This document shows positions 8,566-17,338 of a DNA stretch of 42,807 bases, in pieces. Made by a program: the position numbers and the translations under genes. The DNA is from a virus (taxonomy: Duplodnaviria > Caudoviricetes): positions 1 to 42,807 of the IMG/VR virus record IMGVR_UViG_3300031211_000001; one strand, written 5' to 3'. A model generated the notes under the pieces. That model was given only the letters and a program-made list of their open reading frames with translations, ran no database searches and had not been told where the DNA came from. How positions within the stretch are numbered: position 1 is the first letter of the stretch; the number at the start of each line of letters is the position of its first letter.

Positions 8566-11018
8566 TGGCTGGCCCACAGATTGAACCCGGCACGATCATC
8601 ACCGGCGGCGAGGCTCCACCGTGGGCGACCGCAGGGACGTCATCCTCTCCCGCAGGAGCGCCATCCCCTCCCGCAGGAGCGCCATCCCCTCCCGCAGGGC
8701 AGGTGTTCAGCGGGGGTGATATGCCCCCGTGGCAGCAGGCCCGCGACCTTGGATTGGTGGCGGACGCCTCCTCCGCCACGCAGAGCGCGCTCGACCGCCC
8801 GATCCCGACGTTCCTGGCGCCCGACAGTGGCACGATCGGCGGCTGGCTGGCACAGGCTGGCCGTTCAGTCACCATGACCGCGTTTGACCCCATCTCGGCG
8901 CTGGAGTTCAAATGGCGCATGCGCGACGAGATACCGGACATGACCTACGCCGAGAGCCTGAAAGCCGTGCAGGACGGGTGGGACGCGGAATATGCGATCA
9001 CTGCCGACATCGCCGGGGCTATCGTTCCGGGTATCGGCATCGCCAAGGGCGTTTCGGTGCTGGGCGCCAAGGCCCTGACCAAGACCGGCATGATGGACGG
9101 CGCCATGCGCTGGGCGGCGCGTCAACCCAAACTGGCCAACATCGTGCGCGCGGCCGGAGAGGGCGCTGCGGGCGGCGCCATCTTCGAGGGTATCCGTACC
9201 GGCCTTGACGAGACTATCAGCATGGGGGCGGGGGAGGCGTTTGACCCCCAGAGGGTCACGGACGCCGTGTTGGCGGGCGGGCTTCTGGGCGCTATCGCAG
9301 GCGGAGGTGTCCAGACCCTGGCGCGCGGCGGCGGACCTGTCCCCGGGTTCATGGACGTCGTGGAGTCCATTGGGTCCCTGTTCAACATCGGCCCGCAGGC
9401 GACCCAGCAGGCCACGACACAGATTTATCGTGCGCTCCGCTCCGACCCCAGCGAAACGCCGGAAGCCCTCGTGACACGTCTGCGCGAAGCCCGCGAAACT
9501 TTCAAACGGGAACGCGGTTACGAGCCTGCGCTCATGGACCTGGCCGACGAGTTCCAGACGCGCGAAGTCCTGGACGTGGCGCGGTACTGGAAAGGGCTGG
9601 ACGTGCCCGTTTTCCGTCTGAGCGAGGAGGCGCTGGAGCGCCAGATGACTTCCTTCCGTGGCGCCATCAACAGCGGCGCTCCGCTCAAATCGCCAGAGGA
9701 GTTGACGGCGCAGACCAGTCGCATGTTCGCGGAGGTGATACGGCGGGACGGCGACACGCTGGTGGACGTTTCGGACGACGTGCTGGACACGCTGGCCCCC
9801 TTGGCTGGGTGGGTAAAGACCATGGCCCTGACGCCTGACGGGGCGAAGATGGCGCGTATTCTGGACGCCAACAAGAATATCGGCGCCGTGAGCATGCGGG
9901 CGGATAACCTGCGCCGCGCCGCCACTACGGCGGGGATGCGGGAAGAACTGACCAAGCTGGGCGACGATATTGCCTACACGCGTGCCAACCCGGCTGGGGT
10001 GGCTGCGGCCCGCGCTGAGGTAGACAGCCTTGGCGGCGGGCGTGGCGACGAGGGGGCGATGGGAGCCATGCAGAACTTCTACGCGCAGTTGGCCAGACAG
10101 ATTGACAACATCAAAGCCACCGACACCGGGATAGTCGCCCGCCAGAAGCGCGACGCCGTGGACGCCACGTTGGACGGGTTGGACCGGACGATCAAACAGT
10201 ACAAGCGCGACGGTCTCAAGATTACCCTGCGCAGCGCCAACGAGTTGCGCATGAAGGCGTCGAAAGCGGCAAGGAACCCCGGCGATCCCACGCTACAGGC
10301 GCAGTCGGTGGCGGTGCGGGATGTCCTGTCCACGGTGGGCACGGCGGAAGTGCCCCGCTACGGGCGCATGGTGAAACTGTTCAGCGAAGGTATGACCCGC
10401 GCGGAGGCACAGGTCACGGGCGCGGCGGCGGCCAAGGGGCAGCTGAACCTGAAAGACCTCAAGACACGGATCGAGACAGGACGTCTCCCGAACCGCACGG
10501 GCAAGGCAAGCATGGACCCCATGCTGCGCGGGGTACGGGAGGGCGCGATCCTGTCCCTGGGCGATGAAGCGACAGGTACGATCTCGCAAACGCTGTCAAC
10601 GGCGCGGCGGATCAGCGAGGCGCCGATCGTGCGGGACAGTCTGGACATGGTTGCCCCCACCGAGTCCCGGCGAATTACCCAAGGCGCCCGTGCCATGGTG
10701 CAGACGGCAGACAATGTGGCGACCGCCCGCGTCGTATCGTCGCCCACGGCCACGGCGGAACAGACGGCCGCCATGCGCGCCTTTGCAACCGGCGCCATGT
10801 TCGGCACTATCGGCGGCGCGGCGAAGGCCGGGCTTATCACACGCTTGCTTGAGGACACCCTCATGACGCGTGGAGCAGCCCGCAAGACCATCGACATGTT
10901 CATGAACCCCGAAACATTCGATCAGGCTTTGCGTTACATGCAGAGCAAAGGCGGAGACGTCGGCGCGTTCTTCGGCGCCATGGTAGCCGCCACAGTCGGG
11001 AAAGCGAGTGAAGAATGA
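8565..11018 (+). CDS. Large ejection protein (gp16 position)
   Basis: GGAGG RBS at 8554 and TGATG coupling; about 817 aa, Ala/Gly-rich helical, last gene before lysis cassette. Confidence 0.6.
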   Translation: MAGPQIEPGTIITGGEAPPWATAGTSSSPAGAPSPPAGAPSPPAGQVFSGGDMPPWQQARDLGLVADASSATQSALDRPIPTFLAPDSGTIGGWLAQAGRSVTMTAFDPISALEFKWRMRDEIPDMTYAESLKAVQDGWDAEYAITADIAGAIVPGIGIAKGVSVLGAKALTKTGMMDGAMRWAARQPKLANIVRAAGEGAAGGAIFEGIRTGLDETISMGAGEAFDPQRVTDAVLAGGLLGAIAGGGVQTLARGGGPVPGFMDVVESIGSLFNIGPQATQQATTQIYRALRSDPSETPEALVTRLREARETFKRERGYEPALMDLADEFQTREVLDVARYWKGLDVPVFRLSEEALERQMTSFRGAINSGAPLKSPEELTAQTSRMFAEVIRRDGDTLVDVSDDVLDTLAPLAGWVKTMALTPDGAKMARILDANKNIGAVSMRADNLRRAATTAGMREELTKLGDDIAYTRANPAGVAAARAEVDSLGGGRGDEGAMGAMQNFYAQLARQIDNIKATDTGIVARQKRDAVDATLDGLDRTIKQYKRDGLKITLRSANELRMKASKAARNPGDPTLQAQSVAVRDVLSTVGTAEVPRYGRMVKLFSEGMTRAEAQVTGAAAAKGQLNLKDLKTRIETGRLPNRTGKASMDPMLRGVREGAILSLGDEATGTISQTLSTARRISEAPIVRDSLDMVAPTESRRITQGARAMVQTADNVATARVVSSPTATAEQTAAMRAFATGAMFGTIGGAAKAGLITRLLEDTLMTRGAARKTIDMFMNPETFDQALRYMQSKGGDVGAFFGAMVAATVGKASEE
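8641..8698 (+). repeat. 21-bp tandem repeat (about 2.8 copies) encoding SPPAGAP
   Basis: catcc(t/c)ctcccgcaggagcgc repeated. Confidence 0.85.
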
Positions 11019-11323
11019 CCACTGTAAATCCACCACAACCCAGAGTAGACTTGGGCAGGACTGACCGGGAATGGCATGTTTTGCTCGATGAAAAATTGAC
11101 CGCCTTCGAAGGCCGCCTGTCTGTAAAGATGGTATCCCTTGAGATGCGCCTTACCGCGCTCGAAACCAAGGACGCCGTGGCAGATGTCCACCGCGTCAAC
11201 GTTGAAAAGCGCCTGGACGGGATCGAGGGAACCTTGAAGTGGCTGGCGCGCCTGATGTTCGCCGCGCTGATCATGGCCGTCATGGCCTTCGTGGTCGGCG
11301 GTGGACTGGTGGTGCCGCTATGA
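11015..11323 (+). CDS. Holin-like protein (GTA holin/XhlA-like)
   Basis: Coiled coil followed by hydrophobic KWLARLMFAALIMAVMAFVVGGGLVV; immediately upstream of the endolysin. Confidence 0.65.
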   Translation: MTTVNPPQPRVDLGRTDREWHVLLDEKLTAFEGRLSVKMVSLEMRLTALETKDAVADVHRVNVEKRLDGIEGTLKWLARLMFAALIMAVMAFVVGGGLVVPL

Positions 11324-12036
11324 TGAACCGGATCATCTGGCACCACACCGGGGGAACCTACACTCCCAACGGCACGGACAAGCGGGCCTACCACCGTCTG
11401 ATCGACGGCGAAGGGCAGGTTCACAACGGCGTGTTCGCGATTGAGGCGAACGCCCCGGGCAAGATACGTCGCGGTGCCTATGCCGCCCACGTCCGAGACC
11501 TGAACACCGGCTCCATCGGGCTTGCGATCTGTGCCATGGGCCAGGGTGTCTGGTCCGACCCTTCGGGCGGGCGCTGGCCGGTCAAGCCGGTACAGGTGGA
11601 CGCGCTGGTGACAGAGACGGTCCGCCTGTGCCGCGCTTACGGGATCCCGGTGAACGGGCGCACCGTGCTGTCCCACGCGGAGGTTGAGCCCACGCTCGGG
11701 GTGAAGCAGAGGAACAAATGGGACTTCGACTATCCCGTTCGGGCCGCCGTTCGCTCTCGCGATCCTGTTGCCATCTGTGACGAGTTGCGCCAGGAGGTCA
11801 TGCGCGCCATGGGCGGGGCGGGCGTAGCGCCCCAGCCTGTCCAGCGGCCGATGCTGCGCCAAGGCGCCCGTGGCCCCCATGTGGAGGTCATGCAGCGCCG
11901 TCTCGGGATCACAACGGACGGGATATTCGGCCCCAACACACGATCCGCCGTCGTCACCTTCCAGCGTCGCAACGGGCTGTTGCCCGATGGCGTCGTCGGA
12001 CCTGCGACTTGGGCGGCGCTCTCAATCAAACCTTGA
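11320..12036 (+). CDS. Endolysin: N-acetylmuramoyl-L-alanine amidase (Amidase_2) plus C-terminal PG_binding_1 domain
   Basis: RIIWHHTGG, YHRLIDGEG, AAHVRDLNTGSIGL, VLSHAE; LRQGARGPHV...DGIFGPNT...FQRRNGLLPDGVVGPATW. Confidence 0.9.
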   Translation: MMNRIIWHHTGGTYTPNGTDKRAYHRLIDGEGQVHNGVFAIEANAPGKIRRGAYAAHVRDLNTGSIGLAICAMGQGVWSDPSGGRWPVKPVQVDALVTETVRLCRAYGIPVNGRTVLSHAEVEPTLGVKQRNKWDFDYPVRAAVRSRDPVAICDELRQEVMRAMGGAGVAPQPVQRPMLRQGARGPHVEVMQRRLGITTDGIFGPNTRSAVVTFQRRNGLLPDGVVGPATWAALSIKP

Positions 12037-12048
12037 AAGGACAATAAC

Positions 12049-12216
12049 ATGTTGGCTGGATACAAGACTTATATCGTCGCGGGCCTTGCGGTGCTCGGCG
12101 CCGTTGCGGGATACCTGGTGGGCGACATGTCCCTGCCCGACGCGGTGCAGGTGGTTGTCACCGCCGTCCTCGGCGCCACGATCCGCGACGGCATCGCGGG
12201 CAAGACGTGGAGGTGA
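12049..12216 (+). CDS. Small two-TM holin-like membrane protein (55 aa, missing from the ORF track)
   Basis: AAAGGA RBS; MLAGYKTYIVAGLAVLGAVAGYLVGDMSLPDAVQVVVTAVLGATIRDGIAGKTWR. Confidence 0.7.
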   Translation: MLAGYKTYIVAGLAVLGAVAGYLVGDMSLPDAVQVVVTAVLGATIRDGIAGKTWR

Positions 12217-12410
12217 TCGCGGTGAACCTGTCCGATGGACGGGTTCTCCTGAGCGACGGGCAGACGGTCCCCATCGACCAGATGATGGACGACGAAGGCG
12301 ATGACACGGACGATCCGCACGCGGCGGTCTGTGTCATCGCTGGCCCCGACCGGGCGGGACAGTGGTGGTCGATTGCTCTTTCAAAGTACGGGGAGGTCAC
12401 GCTGCACTAG
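12213..12410 (+). CDS. Small acidic hypothetical protein
   Basis: GTGA overlap with the holin stop and GGAGG nearby; exact start uncertain (12207, 12213 or 12222). Confidence 0.55.
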   Translation: MIAVNLSDGRVLLSDGQTVPIDQMMDDEGDDTDDPHAAVCVIAGPDRAGQWWSIALSKYGEVTLH

Positions 12411-13449
12411 GGCGCTCCGTGGCCTCCAGATAGGCTGTCACGAAGGCTTTCGTGGCTTGCGCATCGACCGCGTTGCCGTAGGCGCGCAGGCGTCCCACTC
12501 GGGAGGGAGCCCCATGAGCCAACGGGAATGAGCCGGGTTCAACGGGCCGCCACTTTCCATCCCGGCAGAGCAGCCAATCAGCATCTCGCCAGAAGCCGTC
12601 AAGCGGGCCGGAGTTGTGCCGCCCGCCAGCAAATCCCTGACGTTCTGCGGTGTCAGGCGGCGACGTGACCCATCCCCCCGGTTCTCGCTGTTGTTCGGTC
12701 CTTGGGTCGCTTGGGGCGTCGGCCACCCCGCCAAGGCCACCGTCTTGCGGCTGGAGTCCGTGTTGCCCGCTTCGTTGTTCCCGTTCTGCGCAGGCGTTCC
12801 AGCCATTGGCGTCATCCACCCCGACAACGCCGCAGCCGTGTGCAGGAGGTAGTCTGCTGGTCGGTTGTCCACCTCCCACTGTGTTGCCTCCGCGTGCTTG
12901 GAGTCCTGCACCCTCGGCGTCGGCCACCCAACCTGCGGAAGATCGAAGATCGTAGGTTGCGAACCGGAGCCGCTGCCGGATGTGCGGCGCGCGGTGCCCC
13001 GCAGAGCAGGTATCGACAAACCCGCAGGCGTAATCCTCTCCTTCCAGATCAGATTGTACAAGGTCGGCCCACCCAAGTCCGTCCTTGCTTGCAACCTGCT
13101 CGCCAAGCACTTCCGTAGGGCGGCACTGGCGTATGAGCCATAGGAACGCGGGCCATAGGTGCCGCTTGTCATCAACCCCGCCGCCTTTGCCTGCCGCGTT
13201 GAAAGGCTGGCATGGACAGGATCCGGTCCACACGGGCCGGTCATCGGGCCAACCGGCGAGGCGGAGGGAATGGGACCAGACACCGATCCCGGCGAAAAAG
13301 TGGCATTGGGTGAAGCCCCGTAGGTCATCTGCGGTCACGTCCTCTATGCTGCGGCGGTCCACGACACCCGGCGCGATATGGCCCGCAGCGATCAGGTTTT
13401 CTAACCAGTCCGCCGCGTATGGTTCGATCTCGTTGTAGTAAGCTGTCAC
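12397..13449 (-). CDS. C5-cytosine DNA methyltransferase, large subunit
   Basis: Motif [42 protein letters not shown]; no motif IX in this frame. Confidence 0.9.
   Translation of the reverse strand: MTAYYNEIEPYAADWLENLIAAGHIAPGVVDRRSIEDVTADDLRGFTQCHFFAGIGVWSHSLRLAGWPDDRPVWTGSCPCQPFNAAGKGGGVDDKRHLWPAFLWLIRQCRPTEVLGEQVASKDGLGWADLVQSDLEGEDYACGFVDTCSAGHRAPHIRQRLRFATYDLRSSAGWVADAEGAGLQARGGNTVGGGQPTSRLPPAHGCGVVGVDDANGWNACAEREQRSGQHGLQPQDGGLGGVADAPSDPRTEQQREPGGWVTSPPDTAERQGFAGGRHNSGPLDGFWRDADWLLCRDGKWRPVEPGSFPLAHGAPSRVGRLRAYGNAVDAQATKAFVTAYLEATERPSAA
12438..13172 (-). CDS. Overlapping +1-frame small subunit of the C5 methyltransferase (TRD and motif IX)
   Basis: Open frame nested in the MTase with GWPTP/GWMTP repeats and [16 protein letters not shown]; start uncertain (13172 or upstream to 13328). 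Confidence 0.7.
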   Translation of the reverse strand: MTSGTYGPRSYGSYASAALRKCLASRLQARTDLGGPTLYNLIWKERITPAGLSIPALRGTARRTSGSGSGSQPTIFDLPQVGWPTPRVQDSKHAEATQWEVDNRPADYLLHTAAALSGWMTPMAGTPAQNGNNEAGNTDSSRKTVALAGWPTPQATQGPNNSENRGDGSRRRLTPQNVRDLLAGGTTPARLTASGEMLIGCSAGMESGGPLNPAHSRWLMGLPPEWDACAPTATRSMRKPRKPS

Positions 13450-13994
13450 GGCGCCATCACGCGGCGCACGATGTCCCCTATGTTCAGAGCCACCGCCAGT
13501 TTGATGACCTTGGCCCCTTCACCGGACCACTCGGGCTTGTCCAACAGGTCGGGCGCGACAAGTTTGACGAACAGCCACGCGTCCAGCTTGTCAGCCAGGT
13601 AAAGGAAACTTTCCGCTTCGGGAGGGTCGAGCACTCCCAACGTGGCCCACCAGTTCCTGTCAGCGTCATCGAGCGCGGACTGCATGTTCGGAATATCACG
13701 CTTGGCGGGGCGGGGAACATCACCTGTAAACACCTCGGGCGCGTCGTGCAGAAGGGCGTCCACGATATTTTCCTTGGTGGCGTCTGGGTTCAGGAAAGCC
13801 AAGAGGACCGCCACGCGCTGCTGGTGCGCCGCCGTCGTATCCCCCGAATTGCGCAAGCGGGGGTCTTCGTTACAGTGCCAGCGGTTCACGAACCCGGACC
13901 CCCAGAGAACTCGCATAGTCTCGATGGCCAGTTGGGCCTCCTTTTCTTTCACAGCGGCTTGCCATTGGCGGATTTGTGTGGCGTCATTGGGCAT
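13446..13994 (-). CDS. HD-domain phosphohydrolase, YfbR/DatZ-like deoxynucleotidase fold
   Basis: VNRWH...AAH...ALLHDAPEVFTGDVPRPAK...ADKLD; GGAG RBS before ATG 13994. Confidence 0.8.
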   Translation of the reverse strand: MPNDATQIRQWQAAVKEKEAQLAIETMRVLWGSGFVNRWHCNEDPRLRNSGDTTAAHQQRVAVLLAFLNPDATKENIVDALLHDAPEVFTGDVPRPAKRDIPNMQSALDDADRNWWATLGVLDPPEAESFLYLADKLDAWLFVKLVAPDLLDKPEWSGEGAKVIKLAVALNIGDIVRRVMAP

Positions 13995-14304
13995 TGGTAC
14001 GCTCCAGAAGTTTTGTTTCCACACGCTCAACCACGCGACGGAACGCTTTCCGGGCCAAGCAATCCGAGTTCGGGCTTGATGGGTCGAACGTCATCCCCCA
14101 CTCCCATCCCGCCAGTTCCACAGGGAACATAAGATTTATTTTCCCCGGCTCGTAAGTCACCTCGACACGTTCAAACCGTGCGAGGAAACCCAACACCTCT
14201 TGAAGGTTAAATTCTGTCTCAGACGAGGTAGCCATTATCGTTTTCCAATTCTTCACGGCCTCGGCGGCCAAGTGGGTCTCGATGTCGTCATCGGTAGTCA
14301 TCAT
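13984..14304 (-). CDS. Hypothetical protein
   Basis: GGAGAGAG before ATGATG at 14304; overlaps both neighbours in the operon. Confidence 0.55.
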   Translation of the reverse strand: MMTTDDDIETHLAAEAVKNWKTIMATSSETEFNLQEVLGFLARFERVEVTYEPGKINLMFPVELAGWEWGMTFDPSSPNSDCLARKAFRRVVERVETKLLERTNAQ

Positions 14305-14908
14305 CTCTCTCCATCTGTTTGCGGCTGGGCGGGATCCACACGAACTCCGTCCCGGCCTTTTGAGGATTCTGCTCCCACACGAACCACGCATAGGGCATCT
14401 GCGTCACGGCCTTCCGATCAAGACGCCCTTGCACCATCGGGACGCGCTCCGTGTGCTGGGCGATCACGCTGGGCGGGCGCGGATTGAACAGACGCTCATG
14501 CCGCCCTTTGCCCTCCATCCATGACGATCGCAGGATAAACGCCACGCCCACGTTGACCACGCACAACGCGCGCTGGACAAATTCCTCCGCTAGGTTGAAC
14601 GGAGGGTTGGTGATGATCCAGTCCACACGCTGCCCGTGGTCCGCCGGGGTGGGTCCGGTCAGGAAATCCACCATCGGAAAGCCGACCCCGTAATCATGCA
14701 AGTCGCTGCCGATCACGTTCCCAAACCGCTCCTGCAACGGGCGCACCATGAACCCCCGATTGGCCGCAGGCTCCCAACACGTCTTGTCGTGAAGCGCAGC
14801 CGGAAGGACATGGTTCAGGAACGCCCGCGTCGCCCAGGGTGGAGTGGGGAAATCTTCCGGCCCGCCCCGAGGAGCGCGCCGGTTCTGGAAGCCCATAGCT
14901 TTTGGCAT
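14288..14908 (-). CDS. SAM-dependent amino (N6-adenine) DNA methyltransferase
   Basis: DFPTPPWAT, motif I-like WEPAANRGFM, motif IV IITNPPF. Confidence 0.8.
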   Translation of the reverse strand: MPKAMGFQNRRAPRGGPEDFPTPPWATRAFLNHVLPAALHDKTCWEPAANRGFMVRPLQERFGNVIGSDLHDYGVGFPMVDFLTGPTPADHGQRVDWIITNPPFNLAEEFVQRALCVVNVGVAFILRSSWMEGKGRHERLFNPRPPSVIAQHTERVPMVQGRLDRKAVTQMPYAWFVWEQNPQKAGTEFVWIPPSRKQMERDDDYR

Positions 14909-14909
14909 G

Positions 14910-15179
14910 TTAGATTCGGCTCATGCGGCCGACCAATTCGGCCAGCCTGTTGACGGTGGCATCCAGATAGGCGGCCTGCGTAACCAGATCGCCTATCTCC
15001 CCATCTGGTCCAGATAGGGAGTTCTTAGCACCACACGTCTCGGACACTGGGCCCAAGACACGAGTATGGATTTCCTCAAGTTGAACCGTCGTTTTAAGCA
15101 GCCGTGCAGTACTGTCTTGGATGTCGTAGGTAACGCCACAAAGCAGACCGGGCTGCTGTGGCTCGCCCTGATCGCTCAT
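14910..15179 (-). CDS. Hypothetical protein
   Basis: ATGA overlap with the helicase stop; 89 aa helical. Confidence 0.55.
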   Translation of the reverse strand: MSDQGEPQQPGLLCGVTYDIQDSTARLLKTTVQLEEIHTRVLGPVSETCGAKNSLSGPDGEIGDLVTQAAYLDATVNRLAELVGRMSRI

Positions 15180-15898
15180 TTCACAGCCCTCGCGATGGCC
15201 GACAACACCTTGTCCAGCTTGTCGGCGGGGACGAAGGTGTAGAGCGGCACCATGCCCGCAGGCGCCTGGCTCGGGATCGTGGGCACGGCGCCCGCAACGG
15301 TGCCCTCGCTCACAGAGTCCACCACCTCCGCGTCCTCGACGGGCTGTCGGGGCTTCTGCCAGCCGGTGTCGTTCGCGGTGGGCTGCTGGCCGAACGGGTT
15401 GCCCTGCTGGCCCTGTGAGGGATCGACGCGCTCACCCCCAGTCTGGATGTTCTGCTGCGGCTGTTGCGCGGGCTGCGGCTGTTGCTCCTGCGCGGGCTGC
15501 GGCTGGCCAAACGGGTTGACGCTGCCGACCGCCACACCGAACGCTGCGAACGCCTGGTTGGCCGTTGGCGGCGGGTTGGCACCCACGTCCTGCTGGATCG
15601 CCTGCTGTTGGCCAAACGGGTTCACCGCTTGCTGGGCTGGCTGTTGAGGCTGTTGGGCTGGCTGCTGGGCCTGGCCGAACGGATTGCCTTGGGGCGCTTG
15701 CTGCCCGAACGGGTTGCCCTGGGGCGCTTGCTGTTGCGGCTGCTGGCCGAACGGGTTGCCCTGGGGCGCTTGTTGTTGCGCAGGCTGCTGGCCGAACGGG
15801 TTGCCCTGGGGCGCTTGTTGTTGCGCAGGCTGCTGGCCGAACTGTTGCGCTTGGGGCTGCTGCTGTTGCGCGTCGGACTTAAACTGTAGTTGGGTCAT
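15176..15898 (-). CDS. Putative nested in-frame gene: 240-aa Q/P-rich NPFG-repeat protein
   Basis: AGGAG-N9-ATG at 15898, preceded by a promoter motif shared with the 22567 promoter; seven NPFG motifs. Confidence 0.6.
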   Translation of the reverse strand: MTQLQFKSDAQQQQPQAQQFGQQPAQQQAPQGNPFGQQPAQQQAPQGNPFGQQPQQQAPQGNPFGQQAPQGNPFGQAQQPAQQPQQPAQQAVNPFGQQQAIQQDVGANPPPTANQAFAAFGVAVGSVNPFGQPQPAQEQQPQPAQQPQQNIQTGGERVDPSQGQQGNPFGQQPTANDTGWQKPRQPVEDAEVVDSVSEGTVAGAVPTIPSQAPAGMVPLYTFVPADKLDKVLSAIARAVK

Positions 15899-17338
15899 CG
15901 GTTTCGTCTCCTGGGTTGATCTGTCAATAGTAATATCGTTACCGAATTGGGCTGTCAAGGCGGATAGCAGGGAGTCCTGTAGAGTCGCCTTCCCTTCCCG
16001 GGCCAGAATGGCCTGCTCGTCCACGGAGTTCTCCGTGACGAAGGTGTGAACGACCACAGCGTCGGCGGTGTTACCCTGACGGCGCAGACGGTCGTTGAAC
16101 TGGATGTAGTGGTCGAGATCGAACGTCGGCCCCCACCAGAGAATATGGTGTGCCGCGCCCTTCTGGAGATTTAGGCCATGTCCGGCGCTGGCGGGGTGGG
16201 CGGCAAGGAACGGTATCTCGCGCTTGTTCCACGCGTCCACGGCCTTGTTCATCGCCGTCTCGTTCACGCCGCTGCCGATGTAGGGCAGATCGGCGCCCAA
16301 CAGTTCGCGCAGCTGGTCGAGGTCATGGCGGTACTCGTATGCGATCAGCAACTGCTCGTCGCCCAACTCCTCGATCAGTGCGAGCAACGCCTCCGCCTTC
16401 GCAGAGTGGACGTGGATGATGTTGCGGCTCTCGTCGTAAACCCGACCGTTGGCAAGCTGTTTCAACTTCCCCATGAGAACCGCCGCGTTGGCCGCGCTGA
16501 TCGGGGTGTTGCCAATCTCCGCGATCATCTCGTTCTTGAGCGTGTTGTAGACTTTCCGCGCCTTGGGATCGAGCGTCACCTTGATCGGGTTGTGAACGAA
16601 CGCGGGCAGGTCCAGCATACCGTCCGCGCGGAAGATGTAGTGTTTGATCTGCGCCTCCATCTTTTCCTGCGCGCCCGGCCGGGGCAGCATCGTGAACCCG
16701 TCCCAGCCGGTTTCAAAATACTCGTGGCGGAACCGCGTGACACGGGCGCCCAGCGCCTTGCCCTCGTCCAGAATGAGGAACTGGCCAAACAGGTCTTGCA
16801 GGCCGTTGGAGGCAGGTGTGCCAGTCAGACCCCACTTGTATTTGGCCATCTTGAAGAACGGGCGCGCGGCCTTGAACCGGAACCCTTGGGCGTTCTTCAA
16901 CCGGCGCACCTCGTCGGCCACCACCACGTCAAAGCCGAACTTGAGTTTCCCCGCCTTGGTAAGGTCGGCCAACCAGGGCACGCCCTCATAGTTGATCAGC
17001 CAGATGTCCACGTCGCGGCGCTTGAGCCACTCGCCCTTTTTAGGGCCGTGGAGGCGCGCAGCCTTCAAACCGTTGAGCGACGCCCAGTTCTCAATCTCCT
17101 GCGCCCAGACCGTTTGGATCACGCGCAGGGGCGCGATCACCAGCATGTTCTTCACCAGCCCAGCGTCGCGCAGGGCCTTGAAGGCGTGGAGCGCGATCAT
17201 CGACTTGCCGTAACCGGGCGACAACCACAGACACGCCACGCCGCCGTGGGCCGCGCTGTTCCACAGGTGCGCCGCTCCGGCCTTCTGGTATTCGTGGGCG
17301 TGCTGGTCCCAGTTCATCAAGGGTGATCCGTCAAACAT
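15176..17338 (-). CDS. SNF2-family (SF2) helicase with a long Q/P-rich C-terminal extension
   Basis: SPGYGKS, IAPLRV, DEVR, GLTGTPASNG, AGHGLNLQ, DRLRRQG; ATG 17338 overlaps the VRR-NUC stop. Confidence 0.9.
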   Translation of the reverse strand: MFDGSPLMNWDQHAHEYQKAGAAHLWNSAAHGGVACLWLSPGYGKSMIALHAFKALRDAGLVKNMLVIAPLRVIQTVWAQEIENWASLNGLKAARLHGPKKGEWLKRRDVDIWLINYEGVPWLADLTKAGKLKFGFDVVVADEVRRLKNAQGFRFKAARPFFKMAKYKWGLTGTPASNGLQDLFGQFLILDEGKALGARVTRFRHEYFETGWDGFTMLPRPGAQEKMEAQIKHYIFRADGMLDLPAFVHNPIKVTLDPKARKVYNTLKNEMIAEIGNTPISAANAAVLMGKLKQLANGRVYDESRNIIHVHSAKAEALLALIEELGDEQLLIAYEYRHDLDQLRELLGADLPYIGSGVNETAMNKAVDAWNKREIPFLAAHPASAGHGLNLQKGAAHHILWWGPTFDLDHYIQFNDRLRRQGNTADAVVVHTFVTENSVDEQAILAREGKATLQDSLLSALTAQFGNDITIDRSTQETKPMTQLQFKSDAQQQQPQAQQFGQQPAQQQAPQGNPFGQQPAQQQAPQGNPFGQQPQQQAPQGNPFGQQAPQGNPFGQAQQPAQQPQQPAQQAVNPFGQQQAIQQDVGANPPPTANQAFAAFGVAVGSVNPFGQPQPAQEQQPQPAQQPQQNIQTGGERVDPSQGQQGNPFGQQPTANDTGWQKPRQPVEDAEVVDSVSEGTVAGAVPTIPSQAPAGMVPLYTFVPADKLDKVLSAIARAVK
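15922..15958 (-). promoter_or_regulatory. Internal promoter/operator motif in the helicase gene
   Basis: TTGACA-N17-TATTAC containing ACGATATTACTATTGACA, 17/18 identical to 22567-22584; AT-rich island in a GC-rich CDS. Confidence 0.65.

Noticed and set aside
11015-11323. Gene transfer agent
   Set aside because: Only the holin is GTA-like; the genome has its own replication module and a P22-like head and tail
12935-12965. QPTIF in the MTase small subunit as a clamp-binding motif for the phage beta clamp
   Set aside because: Weak match to QL(S/D)LF that could easily arise by chance
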